From NCBI GenBank assembly GCA_913063225.1, contig CAJXYP010000001.1, forward strand, positions 57,308 to 121,307: a stretch of DNA of 64,000 bases, written 5' to 3'. The position numbers and the translations under genes were made by a program. The stretch comes from an uncultured Cellvibrionales bacterium. GTDB taxonomy: Bacteria; Pseudomonadota; Gammaproteobacteria; Pseudomonadales; GM7GCV1. Under the pieces are notes generated by a model that was given only the letters and a program-made list of their open reading frames with translations, was not told where the DNA came from and did no database searches. Of this stretch, positions 10,673 to 23,294 are shown in pieces. The first letter of the stretch is position 1. The number at the start of each line of letters is the position of its first letter.

Positions 10673-11779
10673 ATGAAATTTTCGACCGATAGAGAGTCTT
10701 TATTAAGTGCACTGCAGTTAGTCGCAGGTGTGGTTGAAAGGCGTCAAACTTTGCCCGTATTGTCTAACGTTTTGGTGGTTGCCGGTGATGGCAAGCTAGA
10801 ACTTACTGGTACGGATCTGGAAGTTGAAATTGTCGCAAGAGTGCAGGGCATACATGTTGATTCTGACGGTTCTTCTACTATCCCGGCGCGTAAGTGGTTG
10901 GATATTTGTAAATCCTTGCCAGAAGGAAGCGATATCAGCATCCAGCAAGAAGGAGAGCAGGTAGAGATTGTTAGTGGCCGTAGCCGGTTCAAGCTTAGTA
11001 CGCTGCCAGCGAGCGAGTTTCCTAATGTAGAGGGTGGCCAAAACGTTGATGGTTTTAAAGTTAGCCGAGGCAATCTAAAGGGCATGATAGAGAAAGTCGC
11101 TTTTTCTATGGCGCACCAGGATGTTCGATACTATTTGAATGGCATGCTTATAGAGCATACATCAGAGCATTTGCGCATGGTTGCTACCGATGGACACCGT
11201 TTGGCTATGGTGACTACGAGCCACGATGGGGGCGATGTAGCGGAAACTTCTCAATCAATATTGCCGCGTAAAGGCGTAATGGAGTTGTCTAGATTGCTAG
11301 ATGATTCTGACAATGAAGTAGAAATTTCTATTGGTGCGAACCATTTTCGGCTCGTTTCCGAAGAAATGGAATTTACCTCTAAATTGGTAGACGGTAAGTT
11401 TCCCGATTATCAAAAAGTGGTTCCCCAGGGTGGAGACAAGTTTATTCTCTCGAATCGGCAGAACCTAAAGGCAGCGTTTTCTAGGGCTTCGATACTATCC
11501 AACGAGAAATACCGTGGTGTTCGTATACAGCTGAGCCAGGATTTACTGCGCATAACTGCGAATAACCCAGAGCAAGAACAGGCAGAAGAAGAGGTAGGCT
11601 TGGATTATTCTGGTGGCGAGTTAGAGATTGGCTTCAATGTAAGTTATCTAATTGATGCTATGAATGCGCTTAGCGGCGAAGATGTTCGGGTTACTCTAAG
11701 TGACTCTAACAGCAGTGCCTTGGTGGAGAATCCTCAGGATGAGACCACGAAGTACGTTGTTATGCCGATGCGGCTGTAA
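10673..11779 (+). CDS. dnaN: DNA polymerase III beta sliding clamp
   Basis: 368-aa ORF with N-terminus MKFSTDRESLLSALQLVAGVVERRQTLPVLSNVLV and C-terminal VVMPMRL. Confidence 0.97.
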   Translation: MKFSTDRESLLSALQLVAGVVERRQTLPVLSNVLVVAGDGKLELTGTDLEVEIVARVQGIHVDSDGSSTIPARKWLDICKSLPEGSDISIQQEGEQVEIVSGRSRFKLSTLPASEFPNVEGGQNVDGFKVSRGNLKGMIEKVAFSMAHQDVRYYLNGMLIEHTSEHLRMVATDGHRLAMVTTSHDGGDVAETSQSILPRKGVMELSRLLDDSDNEVEISIGANHFRLVSEEMEFTSKLVDGKFPDYQKVVPQGGDKFILSNRQNLKAAFSRASILSNEKYRGVRIQLSQDLLRITANNPEQEQAEEEVGLDYSGGELEIGFNVSYLIDAMNALSGEDVRVTLSDSNSSALVENPQDETTKYVVMPMRL

Positions 11780-11810
11780 TTCGGAACTAGCGGCCCGTTA
11801 TAATAACCGG

Positions 11811-12905
11811 ATGAAGATTCTCTCCGTAGAAATTCAAAATCTACGGAACCTTAAAAATACTTCCTTAGACTTATGCCCTCAGCACAACCTGCTGGTGGGC
11901 GCTAATGGTGCCGGGAAAACCTCGGTGCTAGAAGCGCTTCACTTGCTGGGCTACGGTCGTAGCTTTAGATCGCGACAGCCAAAAGACATTATCAGCCGAA
12001 AAGAATCCGAGCTTGTTGTTAGCTGCAGCTTTATTGATGCTGTCGGGAACGAGAGCAGGGCGGGCATTAGGAAAACTAATTCGGCGGATTCAGAAGTTCG
12101 ACTAAATGGCCAGAGCCTTAGCTCTGCAGCTGAGCTGGCGTCGAACTTCCCTGTGGTAGCTATAGAGAGTAATTCTTTTGATCTTTTAGATGGAGGCCCA
12201 AAAGAGCGCCGGCAGGCTTTGGACTGGGGAGTGTTCCACGTGGAACATTCTTTCTCTGATGTATCGAAGTCTTACCGACGTATATTGGCTCAACGCAATG
12301 CCCAGCTCAAGGTAAGCGACGATAGAGTTGACTTTATTGTTTGGAATCAAGGACTTGTAGATCTTTCCGGCCAAATAGACCAACTTCGGAAGCAATACTT
12401 TGAAAGATTCACTCCGATATTCTCAGATTTGCTACAAGAGCTGGCTCCTGAGCTTGGTTTGGTTTCATTGGGCTATCAGCGAGGCTGGAGCCAGGATAAG
12501 GATTTGGCAGACGTCTTAGATGAGCGATTCAGCAGGGACCGTTTTGAGAGACGAACTACTCGGGGCTGCCATGCGGCCGATTTGGAGTTTTTCGTTGAGG
12601 GAGTGGCTGCCAGAGACAGTCTTTCTCGCGGACAGAAAAAGATATTAGTAATTGCATTCAAGTGTGCTCAAGCAAGCCTGTATAATGCCGTCAGAGGCAA
12701 TAGCTGTGTCTTGCTGTTAGATGACCTTGCTTCCGAACTGGACGCCGATAAATGGCACAGAGTGCTAGCCGTATTAGATAGTGGGGGTTGTCAGACTCTT
12801 CAGACGTACACGGAACTGGATGATAGGGAGTTCCTTGGGTCAGAAGAGCGTGAGTTTGCAATGTTCCACGTGGAACAGGGCGAGATATCCAAAGCCAACA
12901 ATTAG
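11811..12905 (+). CDS. recF: DNA replication and repair protein RecF
   Basis: The track ORF begins at 11700 inside dnaN. The homologous N-terminus MKILSVEIQNLRNL starts at ATG 11811. It has Walker A GANGAGKTSVLEA. Confidence 0.93.
   Translation: MKILSVEIQNLRNLKNTSLDLCPQHNLLVGANGAGKTSVLEALHLLGYGRSFRSRQPKDIISRKESELVVSCSFIDAVGNESRAGIRKTNSADSEVRLNGQSLSSAAELASNFPVVAIESNSFDLLDGGPKERRQALDWGVFHVEHSFSDVSKSYRRILAQRNAQLKVSDDRVDFIVWNQGLVDLSGQIDQLRKQYFERFTPIFSDLLQELAPELGLVSLGYQRGWSQDKDLADVLDERFSRDRFERRTTRGCHAADLEFFVEGVAARDSLSRGQKKILVIAFKCAQASLYNAVRGNSCVLLLDDLASELDADKWHRVLAVLDSGGCQTLQTYTELDDREFLGSEEREFAMFHVEQGEISKANN
12232..12247. promoter_or_regulatory. parS centromere-like site (perfect 16-bp palindrome TGTTCCACGTGGAACA) inside recF
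   Basis: The sequence is an exact palindrome matching the ParB-binding parS consensus. It encodes F-H-V-E in the recF frame. Confidence 0.8.
12862..12877. promoter_or_regulatory. Second parS site (TGTTCCACGTGGAACA) near the recF 3' end
   Basis: The 16-mer is identical to the first site and lies 630 bp downstream of it. It is in the same codon phase and again encodes F-H-V-E. Confidence 0.8.
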
Positions 12906-12916
12906 ATTATGAATAG

Positions 12917-15364
<2,448 letters not shown>

Positions 15365-15482
15365 ACGGGGGTTGCCCCTTTACTCCCTAGCGTCGATAAA
15401 AGCGTGTCAGAATCGGTCATTTATTTGTATATAAATTCTCTCTTCTGCGCGCGCTTTTGCCTCGCTAGAAAGCAAAATTCCT

Positions 15483-15516
15483 AACCCCGTTATCCTGATT
15501 CGGGGTTGCTATTTTT
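15483..15516 (+). terminator. Putative intrinsic terminator downstream of gyrB
   Basis: A 7-bp stem pairs AACCCCG (15483-15489) with CGGGGTT (15501-15507) around an 11-nt loop. It is followed by gcTATTTTT. The T-run is offset, so this is only a moderate call. Confidence 0.4.
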
Positions 15517-15623
15517 CCCTCTGGCGTTGCTGAAAGCGAGCTCAATCGGTCACTTTCGCCTAGCGATAGCGAAAAATATCTTACTCCTTAATTAATAGCG
15601 CATTTATTGAAAGTAAGTGGTTA

Positions 15624-16352
15624 CTAACCTAGAGGTTTTTGTCGCTTTTCTGTGGGTATATTAGCGGTTTCTCGGATCCATTTTTCTACCTGATCCGTTA
15701 GGCTCTTTGGGTCTCTGCCAGCAGTATCTATTGGTTCGCCGACAACTACTTTGATAGTTCCTTTTTGGAAACGTCCCGAAGGGCTCCAGCAATTACTGGC
15801 CGTATGGGCTACGGGCACCAGTTGTACGTTCGCATCTATCGCTAGCTTCGCGCCAGTACGTGTAAAACGACGGTATTCTCCCTCCGCCACCCGAGTGCCC
15901 TCGGGAAAGATTAATACGTTTATGCCCTTCTGAAGGCGCTTCAATCCGAGCTTTTCAATGCGTTTTAAGGATCCGCGAGCGTTAGACCTATCTATACCAA
16001 TGTGGCCTGATCCCCAGAGTGCCCAACCAAAAAAGGGTATGTGTAACAGATCTTTCTTTAAAACAGAGTTAACCGGGTTCAATAAGTAGCAGAGATGCAA
16101 GGTTTCCCATTCACTTTGATGGTTTGAAAGCGCAACAAAGGCCTGTTTGGGAATATTTTCCCTGCCTTCAATCTCTACCCGAATACCCGTAGTAATCCGC
16201 AATAGGCTCAGGCTAACAAAACGATTCCATGATGTAGCTATGGTCAGGCGCATGCGCATGGTCATGAGCTGCCCGAGGGTTATTACGAATACCGATGCAA
16301 TAAACAAAGTCGGCACGTAGAAAAGGTAATAGATGCCCTTTCTAAGCTTCAT
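15624..16352 (-). CDS. Lysophospholipid (1-acyl-sn-glycerol-3-phosphate) acyltransferase family protein, PlsC-like
   Basis: 242-aa ORF with an N-terminal TM segment, acyltransferase block I NHQSEWE (HX4E variant of HX4D) and block III FPEGTR. It occupies the same position after gyrB as in Pseudomonas. Confidence 0.85.
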   Translation of the reverse strand: MKLRKGIYYLFYVPTLFIASVFVITLGQLMTMRMRLTIATSWNRFVSLSLLRITTGIRVEIEGRENIPKQAFVALSNHQSEWETLHLCYLLNPVNSVLKKDLLHIPFFGWALWGSGHIGIDRSNARGSLKRIEKLGLKRLQKGINVLIFPEGTRVAEGEYRRFTRTGAKLAIDANVQLVPVAHTASNCWSPSGRFQKGTIKVVVGEPIDTAGRDPKSLTDQVEKWIRETANIPTEKRQKPLG

Positions 16353-16370
16353 TTGGCTTGAATCCGTGCT

Positions 16371-18446
16371 TTAGCCACTTAGTTCGGAAAGATCAGCGAT
16401 CTTTAGTACCAGGTGTCTAACTTCCGAGAGCAGTGCCAACCGATTTAGCTTCAAATTCTCTTGTTCGGCCATAACCATCACCGACTCAAAGAAAGCATCC
16501 AAGGGTTGCTGCAGCCTTGCCATGCTCGACAGGGCAGCAGAAAAGTCTCCGGACGCCAGGGCCGGTGCGGTATCCGATTGGATCTGGGTAAGCGCTGCGG
16601 CTAGTGCAGACTCTGTGTCCGATTCGAACAGCGAAGCATCTACTTTGGGTAAGTTGGATAGATCCACCTTGGCCAAGATATTGGCAACTCGCTTATTGGT
16701 GGCCGCCAAACTTTCTGCTGCAGGTGTTTCGGCAAAGCTAAGCACCGCTTGTACCCGGCGGTAAATCTCGTAAGGAGAGCTCTGTTCGACGCTGCGTACG
16801 GCGCGGAAGACTTCAACCGTAGTGCCCTCGTCTTCGAACCAAGCTCGAAAACGATCAATAAGATAGCCTTGAACCTGTTGCACAAGTTCTTGCTTGGGAA
16901 CCGGTAGGTTCTCAAAATTGTCATATGCCTCGCCTATTACTTGGGTAAGGTCGAGTTGGATTTTTTGATCTACCAAGATATTCAAAACGCCAAGGCTGGC
17001 TCGTCTTAAGGCAAAAGGATCGCGAGAGCCTGTTGGCGGCTGTTTTATACCAAAGATGCCGGTCAGAGTGTCTAGGCGCTCAGCAAGAGCCAAGCAGACA
17101 CCGGTCGGCGTTGTCGGAAGTGCTCCGCCAGCTTGCTTAGGTAAGTACTGTTCATAAATGGCTTGCGCTACTTCAAAAGGCTCACCATTTGCAGTGGCGT
17201 AGTAGCGACCCATGGTTCCTTGCAGCTGATCGAACTCCTGCACCATGTCAGTCACAAGGTCGCATTTGGCAAGTTCTGCAGCGCGGTTAACCAATGCGGT
17301 GTCGGCGTTGCAGCTCGCAGCTAAGCTGGATCCGAGTTTGCCGACGCGGGCGCTTTTATCTGCAAGGCTGCCGAGATCTGCTTGGAAAACAATTTTGGCC
17401 AATTTAGCCCGATGGTCCTCTAAGGGAGTCCTTAAATCCTTATCGTAAAAGAACTTTGCGTCGGCTAAACGAGGGCGGATAACCCGTTGGTTACCGTCAA
17501 TAACCTTGGACGGGTCTTTGGACTCGATATTACTGACAGTAATAAACAGCGGAAGTAGCTTTTCCGACTCGCCTACTAGATGAAAATATTTTTGATGCTC
17601 GCCCATAGATGAAATCAGGGCTTCTTCAGGAACATCCAGGAAGCTTTCATCAAAGCGACCGCATAGAGCTACAGGCCATTCAACCAAGGAGGTAACCTCC
17701 TGCAGAATGCCAGGACTAATGACGGCTCGGCCGCCAGACTCTGCGCCAAGTTTGGTGACTTGGTCGACTATAGTCTGCTGGCGCTTGTTTATATCCACCA
17801 CTACTTTGGCGCTTTCGAGCTGCGTTTCGTAGCTTGCCGGGGAATCAATAGTTAGTTGGCCTGAGGAGTGGAATCGGTGCCCTCTGGTTTGATTGCTAGC
17901 CGTTAAGCCCATAATCTGCACGGGGACTACTTGATCACCAAACAGCAGAACAATCCAATGTACCGGCCGAACAAACTCTTGCCGGCCAGAGCCCCAGCGC
18001 ATGCGTTTAGCGATGGGAAGCTTGTTCAGCGAAGCTTCAATACAGTCCGCAAGAAGAGACTCTGTCTTTTGGCCAGTGCGGTTTTCTTTAAAGGCCAGTC
18101 GCTCGCCTTTATTGGTTTCGACAAAAGTTAGTTCGCTAACATCAGTTACTCCGCATTTACGTGCGAAGCCTAGAGCTGCTTGTGTTGGGTTTCCATCTGC
18201 ATCAAATGCAGCAGCGCGTGCGGGGCCTAACAACTCAATATTTTCGTCGGGCTGGGTTTCACTAAGCTGCTCGATAATTACCGCTAGCCTTCGTGGGGTC
18301 GCATAAGATTTGCTGCCGGAAAAGCTAAGTCGTTGTGCACTAAGTTGTTTGCTGAGCTCTTTTTCAAAAGCCAAGCGGAGCTTGTCCAAAGACTTTGGCG
18401 GCAGTTCTTCGGTACCAATTTCAACTAGCAGGTCACGCGCGCTCAC
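16371..18446 (-). CDS. glyS: Glycine--tRNA ligase beta subunit
   Basis: 691-aa ORF that overlaps the glyQ stop by 4 nt. Its length and sequence are typical of GlyS. Confidence 0.95.
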   Translation of the reverse strand: MSARDLLVEIGTEELPPKSLDKLRLAFEKELSKQLSAQRLSFSGSKSYATPRRLAVIIEQLSETQPDENIELLGPARAAAFDADGNPTQAALGFARKCGVTDVSELTFVETNKGERLAFKENRTGQKTESLLADCIEASLNKLPIAKRMRWGSGRQEFVRPVHWIVLLFGDQVVPVQIMGLTASNQTRGHRFHSSGQLTIDSPASYETQLESAKVVVDINKRQQTIVDQVTKLGAESGGRAVISPGILQEVTSLVEWPVALCGRFDESFLDVPEEALISSMGEHQKYFHLVGESEKLLPLFITVSNIESKDPSKVIDGNQRVIRPRLADAKFFYDKDLRTPLEDHRAKLAKIVFQADLGSLADKSARVGKLGSSLAASCNADTALVNRAAELAKCDLVTDMVQEFDQLQGTMGRYYATANGEPFEVAQAIYEQYLPKQAGGALPTTPTGVCLALAERLDTLTGIFGIKQPPTGSRDPFALRRASLGVLNILVDQKIQLDLTQVIGEAYDNFENLPVPKQELVQQVQGYLIDRFRAWFEDEGTTVEVFRAVRSVEQSSPYEIYRRVQAVLSFAETPAAESLAATNKRVANILAKVDLSNLPKVDASLFESDTESALAAALTQIQSDTAPALASGDFSAALSSMARLQQPLDAFFESVMVMAEQENLKLNRLALLSEVRHLVLKIADLSELSG

Positions 18447-19390
18447 TTTTTGTTCTCCAGTTCAGCTAACACCTTGGAAGCGAGTTCCGGCGGAGCCAAA
18501 GGGAAACCTAGGTTTTTGCGAGCGTCAAAATAAGCGCTGGCGACCGCGCGCGCTAAGGTTCGTACCCGCAGAATAAAGCGCTGTCGTTCCGTAACCGATA
18601 TAGCGTGACGAGCGTCGAGCAGGTTAAAGGCGTGAGAAGCCTTCATAACCATTTCATAGGCCGGTAATGGCAGTTCGGCCCGAAGAAGATCTGTGCAGGA
18701 TTTCTCGTATTGATCAAAGCTTTCAAACAGAAAGTCGACGTTGGCATGTTCAAAGTTATAGGCCGACATCTCTACTTCGTTCTGATGAAAAATATCGCCA
18801 TAGGTAACAGGCGTACCGTCTGGCGCAATATTCCAAACCAGGTCGTATATGGATTCAACGCCCTGTAAGTACATGGCAATGCGCTCGAGACCATAGGTGA
18901 TTTCGCCGGAAACCGGAAAGCACTCTAGCCCGCCGACTTGCTGAAAGTAGGTGAACTGCGTGACTTCCATGCCGTTCAACCAAACTTCCCAACCCAAACC
19001 CCAAGCGCCAAGCGTTGGCGATTCCCAGTTGTCTTCTACAAATCGAATATCGTGAACGCTCGGATCGATACCCAAGAATTTAAGTGAGTCTAAGTATTTG
19101 TCCTGAATGTCTGCAGGCGAAGGCTTAAGAATTACCTGAAACTGATAATAGTGCTGCAACCGGTTGGGGTTTTCGCCATAGCGGCCGTCAGTAGGTCTGC
19201 GGCATGGCTGCACATAGGCAGCATTCCAGGTCTCTGGCCCAATAGCGCGCAAAAAGGTTGCTGGGTGAAAAGTACCTGCGCCCACTTCCAAGTCGAGGGA
19301 TTGCAGGACTACGCAGCCTTGGTCGGCCCAAAAGTTTTGCAAGGAGCTTATTAGCCCTTGGAATGTTGATACGTCGGTCTGGTAAGTCAC
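18443..19390 (-). CDS. glyQ: Glycine--tRNA ligase alpha subunit
   Basis: 315-aa ORF containing [21 protein letters not shown]...[28 protein letters not shown], a highly conserved GlyQ sequence. Confidence 0.97.
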   Translation of the reverse strand: MTYQTDVSTFQGLISSLQNFWADQGCVVLQSLDLEVGAGTFHPATFLRAIGPETWNAAYVQPCRRPTDGRYGENPNRLQHYYQFQVILKPSPADIQDKYLDSLKFLGIDPSVHDIRFVEDNWESPTLGAWGLGWEVWLNGMEVTQFTYFQQVGGLECFPVSGEITYGLERIAMYLQGVESIYDLVWNIAPDGTPVTYGDIFHQNEVEMSAYNFEHANVDFLFESFDQYEKSCTDLLRAELPLPAYEMVMKASHAFNLLDARHAISVTERQRFILRVRTLARAVASAYFDARKNLGFPLAPPELASKVLAELENKK

Positions 19391-19524
19391 AGCAACAATT
19401 TTTATATTGGAAGGCAGGTGATTATAGCGGTTACAGCTGCGCTGAAATAGCGGCCAGCCCGCTAAATTGAATAGAAGCGCTTTTATGCGTCATTATTCTT
19501 CCAATCTGTTGCTAAACTCGTGCC

Positions 19525-20397
19525 ATGAAAAGCAAACTAATAGAATTACTTCTTCGCGGTATTTCCCTATTGCCGAGAGGCGTTCAGCGCAAGCTGGGAA
19601 ATAGCTTGGGTCGGCGCCTATACAAAAAAAATGGGCGTGACGCAAAAATTACCCGGGTCAATCTTGCAGCATGCTTCCCTGACATGCCAGTTGACGAGCG
19701 GGATGTATTGGCACTAAAGAGTTTGCAGGCAACGGCCACCATGGGATTAGAAACTTCTTCCGTTTGGTTTCGCGGAGCGAACTGGCGCAATAAGTCGGTA
19801 TTAGGTGTTGAGAATAGAGAGTTGTTTGAAAAAGCGCTGGCCGCAGATTCGGGCCTGATGCTTCTGATTCCTCATTTTGGCAACTGGGAGCTTGCAGGGA
19901 TGTGGGCTTCAACCTTTGCGCCAACCACCGCGATTTATCGAACGCCTCGTATGACGGCTTTAGACGGTATGTTACGAAGAGTAAGAGGTATTGGAACCAC
20001 GAATATGGTGCCGGCATCCTCAAGAGGGGTAATGGCTGTGGTGAAGGCACTGAATCGTGGCGAGATGACGGTGGTATTGCCGGACCAAGAGCCAGCGCTT
20101 GAGGGCGGGATTTTCAGTCCGTTTTTTGGCATTCCTGCTTTGACCATGACGCTAATAAATCGACTAGTGGTAAAAACCAAGCCGGGGGTCTTGATCGCCT
20201 ATGCGCGAAGGGTCGATGGCGGTCATATTGTTGGATTCGCGCGGCCAGATGACGAGATTCACTCGGAAGATCAGCAGACTGCGGTAGATGCCATGAACCG
20301 GTCCATAGAAAAGCTCGTTGTTACTGCACCAGAGCAATATCAGTGGGAATACAAACGGTTCCGCAAGCAGCCGGAAGGCGCCGTCAATATTTACTAG
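19525..20397 (+). CDS. lpxL: Lipid A biosynthesis lauroyl/myristoyl acyltransferase (LpxL/HtrB family)
   Basis: 290-aa ORF with the family motif PHFGNWE and C-terminal PEQYQWEYKRFR. The exact acyl specificity cannot be told from sequence. Confidence 0.8.
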   Translation: MKSKLIELLLRGISLLPRGVQRKLGNSLGRRLYKKNGRDAKITRVNLAACFPDMPVDERDVLALKSLQATATMGLETSSVWFRGANWRNKSVLGVENRELFEKALAADSGLMLLIPHFGNWELAGMWASTFAPTTAIYRTPRMTALDGMLRRVRGIGTTNMVPASSRGVMAVVKALNRGEMTVVLPDQEPALEGGIFSPFFGIPALTMTLINRLVVKTKPGVLIAYARRVDGGHIVGFARPDDEIHSEDQQTAVDAMNRSIEKLVVTAPEQYQWEYKRFRKQPEGAVNIY

Positions 20398-20490
20398 CGC
20401 TTTACCAGATTGTAAAGGTGCTAGTTATTGCAAAAAAACAGGCATAGAATCGGGTAAAGGTAGCTAGTGTAGCTAGTTCGGAGGCTCCCA

Positions 20491-21090
20491 ATGCACAAAT
20501 TAAATCCTTTAGTCGTGGCGCTATTGTTAGCGACCTCCAGTTTATTTTCCATCGGCGCGCAGGCCCAATCGATAACGGTGTTGGGTACAAATGATGCCTA
20601 TAGGTGTTATGAAAGTGCTCAATATTCTGCGCGTAGTCTGAGCGGCTCAAGTTCTGACCTGGTTGAATGTAATGATGCCATTCGTGAAGGACGGTTAAAC
20701 AGGCGCGATAAGGCGGCCACCTACATTAACCGAGGAATTATTCGGGTGAACATGGGCGATGTAGTTCGAGCGGAGCAAGATTATCTAAGCGCTCTTGATA
20801 TATCTGACCGATCGCCGGAAACCTTTCTTAATCTCGGAAACCTGCAATATATGATGCAGGATTACTCTTCGGCAATTTCAGATTACGATCACGCAGAAAC
20901 CCTGGGTTTAGCGCAACAACATGTACTGTTCCTAAACCGAGGAATGGCCTACATGCGCATCGGTCAATTTGATTTGGCTGAGGCTGACTATTTAAAAGCT
21001 TTGGAGGTGCGCCCGGATTGGGTGACTGCTCAGGATAAATTGGAAGACCTGAAAGAGAAGCGATTGGATGCAGCAGCGGGGCTGCAGTAA
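20491..21090 (+). CDS. Secreted TPR-repeat protein (paralog 1, intact)
   Basis: 199-aa ORF with a signal peptide ending SIGAQAQ and TPR-like repeats (YINRGIIRVNMGDVVRAEQDYLSALDI..., FLNRGMAYMRIGQFDLAEADYLKALEV). Confidence 0.75.
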   Translation: MHKLNPLVVALLLATSSLFSIGAQAQSITVLGTNDAYRCYESAQYSARSLSGSSSDLVECNDAIREGRLNRRDKAATYINRGIIRVNMGDVVRAEQDYLSALDISDRSPETFLNLGNLQYMMQDYSSAISDYDHAETLGLAQQHVLFLNRGMAYMRIGQFDLAEADYLKALEVRPDWVTAQDKLEDLKEKRLDAAAGLQ

Positions 21091-21146
21091 GGGCGTATAG
21101 CCCAGCCGCGTCAAAGCGCTATTGGGGTAACTTTCCGGGGGCTTCA

Positions 21147-21751
21147 ATGAATAAAATTCCTGACACCCTAAAAATAATTTTTCCGGTTGTACTCGGGTTT
21201 ACTGCAGCGTTTGCGCAGGCACAGTAATGGGCGCGTCCGTCGCTCATAAATGTTTTCAAAACGCCGAATATGCGGTCAGCTCCGGTGAGGGGTCGCGCAG
21301 AGATGTGGATAATTGCACCGCCGCTATTAGGAACGGTCGGTTGAGTCGCGGCGATCTAGTGACAACACATCTCAATCGGGGAATTATTAAGGCCAAGCTC
21401 GGTGATATTAGCGGTGCCCAGGAAGATTATCTAAAAGCATTGGATCTCTCGGACCAATCACCGGAGATATTCCTGAACCTCGGTAATCTGCAGTTTCTGA
21501 TGCAAGACTTTACTAGTGCGATAGCCGATTACGATCAGGCCGAATCTTTGGGCGGACTAGAGCGCAACACACATATTTTGTATTTGAATCGTGGTATGGC
21601 GCTGGTTAGGCTGGGTCGTCTTGACGACGCCGAGGCCGAATATAGAGTAGCTTTCGAGCAGCGTCCGGGCTGGGGCAATGCGTTGGATCAGCTTGAATTA
21701 CGGGAGCGAATTCGTGAAGGTCTGGCAGAAGAGAGTCAGACCGGAAATTAG
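21147..21751 (+). pseudogene. TPR-repeat protein paralog 2, with the signal peptide separated from the mature domain by a 1-nt frameshift
   Basis: ATG 21147 encodes MNKIPDTLKIIFPVVLGFTAAFAQAQ and then TAA at 21225-21227. The TPR body (track ORF 21227-21751) continues in the +2 frame and aligns to paralog 1 from VMGASVAHKCF against VLGTNDAYRCY. Confidence 0.65.
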
Positions 21752-21824
21752 CGCTCGAACTAGCTAGTTACTTTTGCTGCCTCCTTATTCTGTCGCTTAG
21801 GGTTATTTGGGCCGCTCCTTAGGA

Positions 21825-23291
21825 CTATTTGTGCCAAAAGAGCGGAACAAAAAGCACTATCAGAGTGAAGAGTTCTAGCCGACCCAAGATCATGGAAAAA
21901 CACAGTACCCATTTCGAAAAATTTGGAATAGAGGCGTAGTTACTAACCACTTCACCAAGCCCGGGACCAAGGTTGTTCAGGGTTGCAGAAACGGCAGACC
22001 AGGCCGTAACGAAATCGAGGCCACTGGCCAATAGCACCAATATCATGGCGTAAAAAACGATTAGGTATGCCCCAAAAAAGCCCCAGATCGCATCTGCAAT
22101 TCGCGCATCAACCGCGCGATTACCCACCTTGATTGGCACTACTGCACTAGGGTGAATTAATCGGGTTATTTCTCGCAGAGTCTGTTTGGCTAAAATGATC
22201 ATTCGGCCAATCTTTATGCCGCCGCCAGTAGAGGCTGCGCAGGCACCGAAGAAGCTTAAAAATAACAAAAAGAATGCTATGTGCTCTGGCCAGGTACCCA
22301 AGTTAGATGCCGTAAAGCCCGCGGTTGTCATAATGGAAACCGTGTGGAACACACCCTGCAATAAGGTTTCAGACGCAGCAAACTGATTCGCAATCATCAA
22401 TCCCAAGGTAACAAAGATGGCACTGCTACCGAGTATAAGCAGATAGACACGGGCTTCGGTATCTTTCAGGTAATGACGAATGGAGCGTCTGAAAAGAGCG
22501 ACATAGTGCAGCCCAAAATTCAGACCTGATATCACGGTAAAGAATATGCAGACGCTCAGGATCAGGTTGCCGTTGTAGTCGGGGCTGTCCAAAAAGAAGC
22601 CCATGCTGGCATCGTGAGTAGAGAAGCCGCCAATAGATACGGTTGAGAAACTGTGGCCGATAGCGTCGAAAGTCGACATGCCCGCTAATTTATATGCGAC
22701 GGCACAGGCTAATGTGAGGATCAGGTAAACAAAAAACAAAGCCTTAGCGGTTTCGCCGATTCGGGGTGTGAGCTTGCTGTCTTTTACCGGGCCGGGAACC
22801 TCGGCACGATAGAGCTGCATGCCACCCACGCCGAGCATGGGTAGGATGGCCAGGGCGATAACCACAATACCGATACCGCCAAGCCATTGGAGCATTTGTC
22901 GGTAGAATAAAATGGATAGTGGCAGTTCTTCGATATTCTCAATTACCGTGGCACCAGTGGTAGTAAGCCCGGAAACTGATTCAAAAATACTGTCAGTGAT
23001 TGAAAGATGCGGCGTCGAGCCCAAAATAAAAGGAAGGGATCCGATGGCACCTAGCACTATCCAAAACAGTACGGTAATTAAGAAGCCGTCTCTGGATCGC
23101 AGTTCGCGTTTTTCGTTGCTATAGGGTATCCATAAGCAAGCGCCCAAGGACATAGTAATGATAAGAGAGTATACAAAAGCAGAAGATGAGCCGTCATCAT
23201 AAAATATAGAGACTGCTAATGGGATCATATAACTGGTGCTGAACAGCATCAGTAGAATGCCCAATACTTTGAGAATTACTCCGTAATTCAT
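21825..23291 (-). CDS. trkH: Potassium uptake protein TrkH
   Basis: 488-aa polytopic membrane ORF of TrkH/KtrB type. It lies adjacent to trkA. Confidence 0.9.
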   Translation of the reverse strand: MNYGVILKVLGILLMLFSTSYMIPLAVSIFYDDGSSSAFVYSLIITMSLGACLWIPYSNEKRELRSRDGFLITVLFWIVLGAIGSLPFILGSTPHLSITDSIFESVSGLTTTGATVIENIEELPLSILFYRQMLQWLGGIGIVVIALAILPMLGVGGMQLYRAEVPGPVKDSKLTPRIGETAKALFFVYLILTLACAVAYKLAGMSTFDAIGHSFSTVSIGGFSTHDASMGFFLDSPDYNGNLILSVCIFFTVISGLNFGLHYVALFRRSIRHYLKDTEARVYLLILGSSAIFVTLGLMIANQFAASETLLQGVFHTVSIMTTAGFTASNLGTWPEHIAFFLLFLSFFGACAASTGGGIKIGRMIILAKQTLREITRLIHPSAVVPIKVGNRAVDARIADAIWGFFGAYLIVFYAMILVLLASGLDFVTAWSAVSATLNNLGPGLGEVVSNYASIPNFSKWVLCFSMILGRLELFTLIVLFVPLFWHK

Positions 23292-23294
23292 TAT

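Noticed and set aside
15830-15860. The PlsC-like acyltransferase has NHQSEWE (HX4E) instead of the canonical HX4D catalytic block.
   Set aside because: Asp-to-Glu is a conservative change. As far as I recall it is common in this gyrB-linked subfamily. The coordinates are approximate, and there is no sign of inactivation because FPEGTR is intact.
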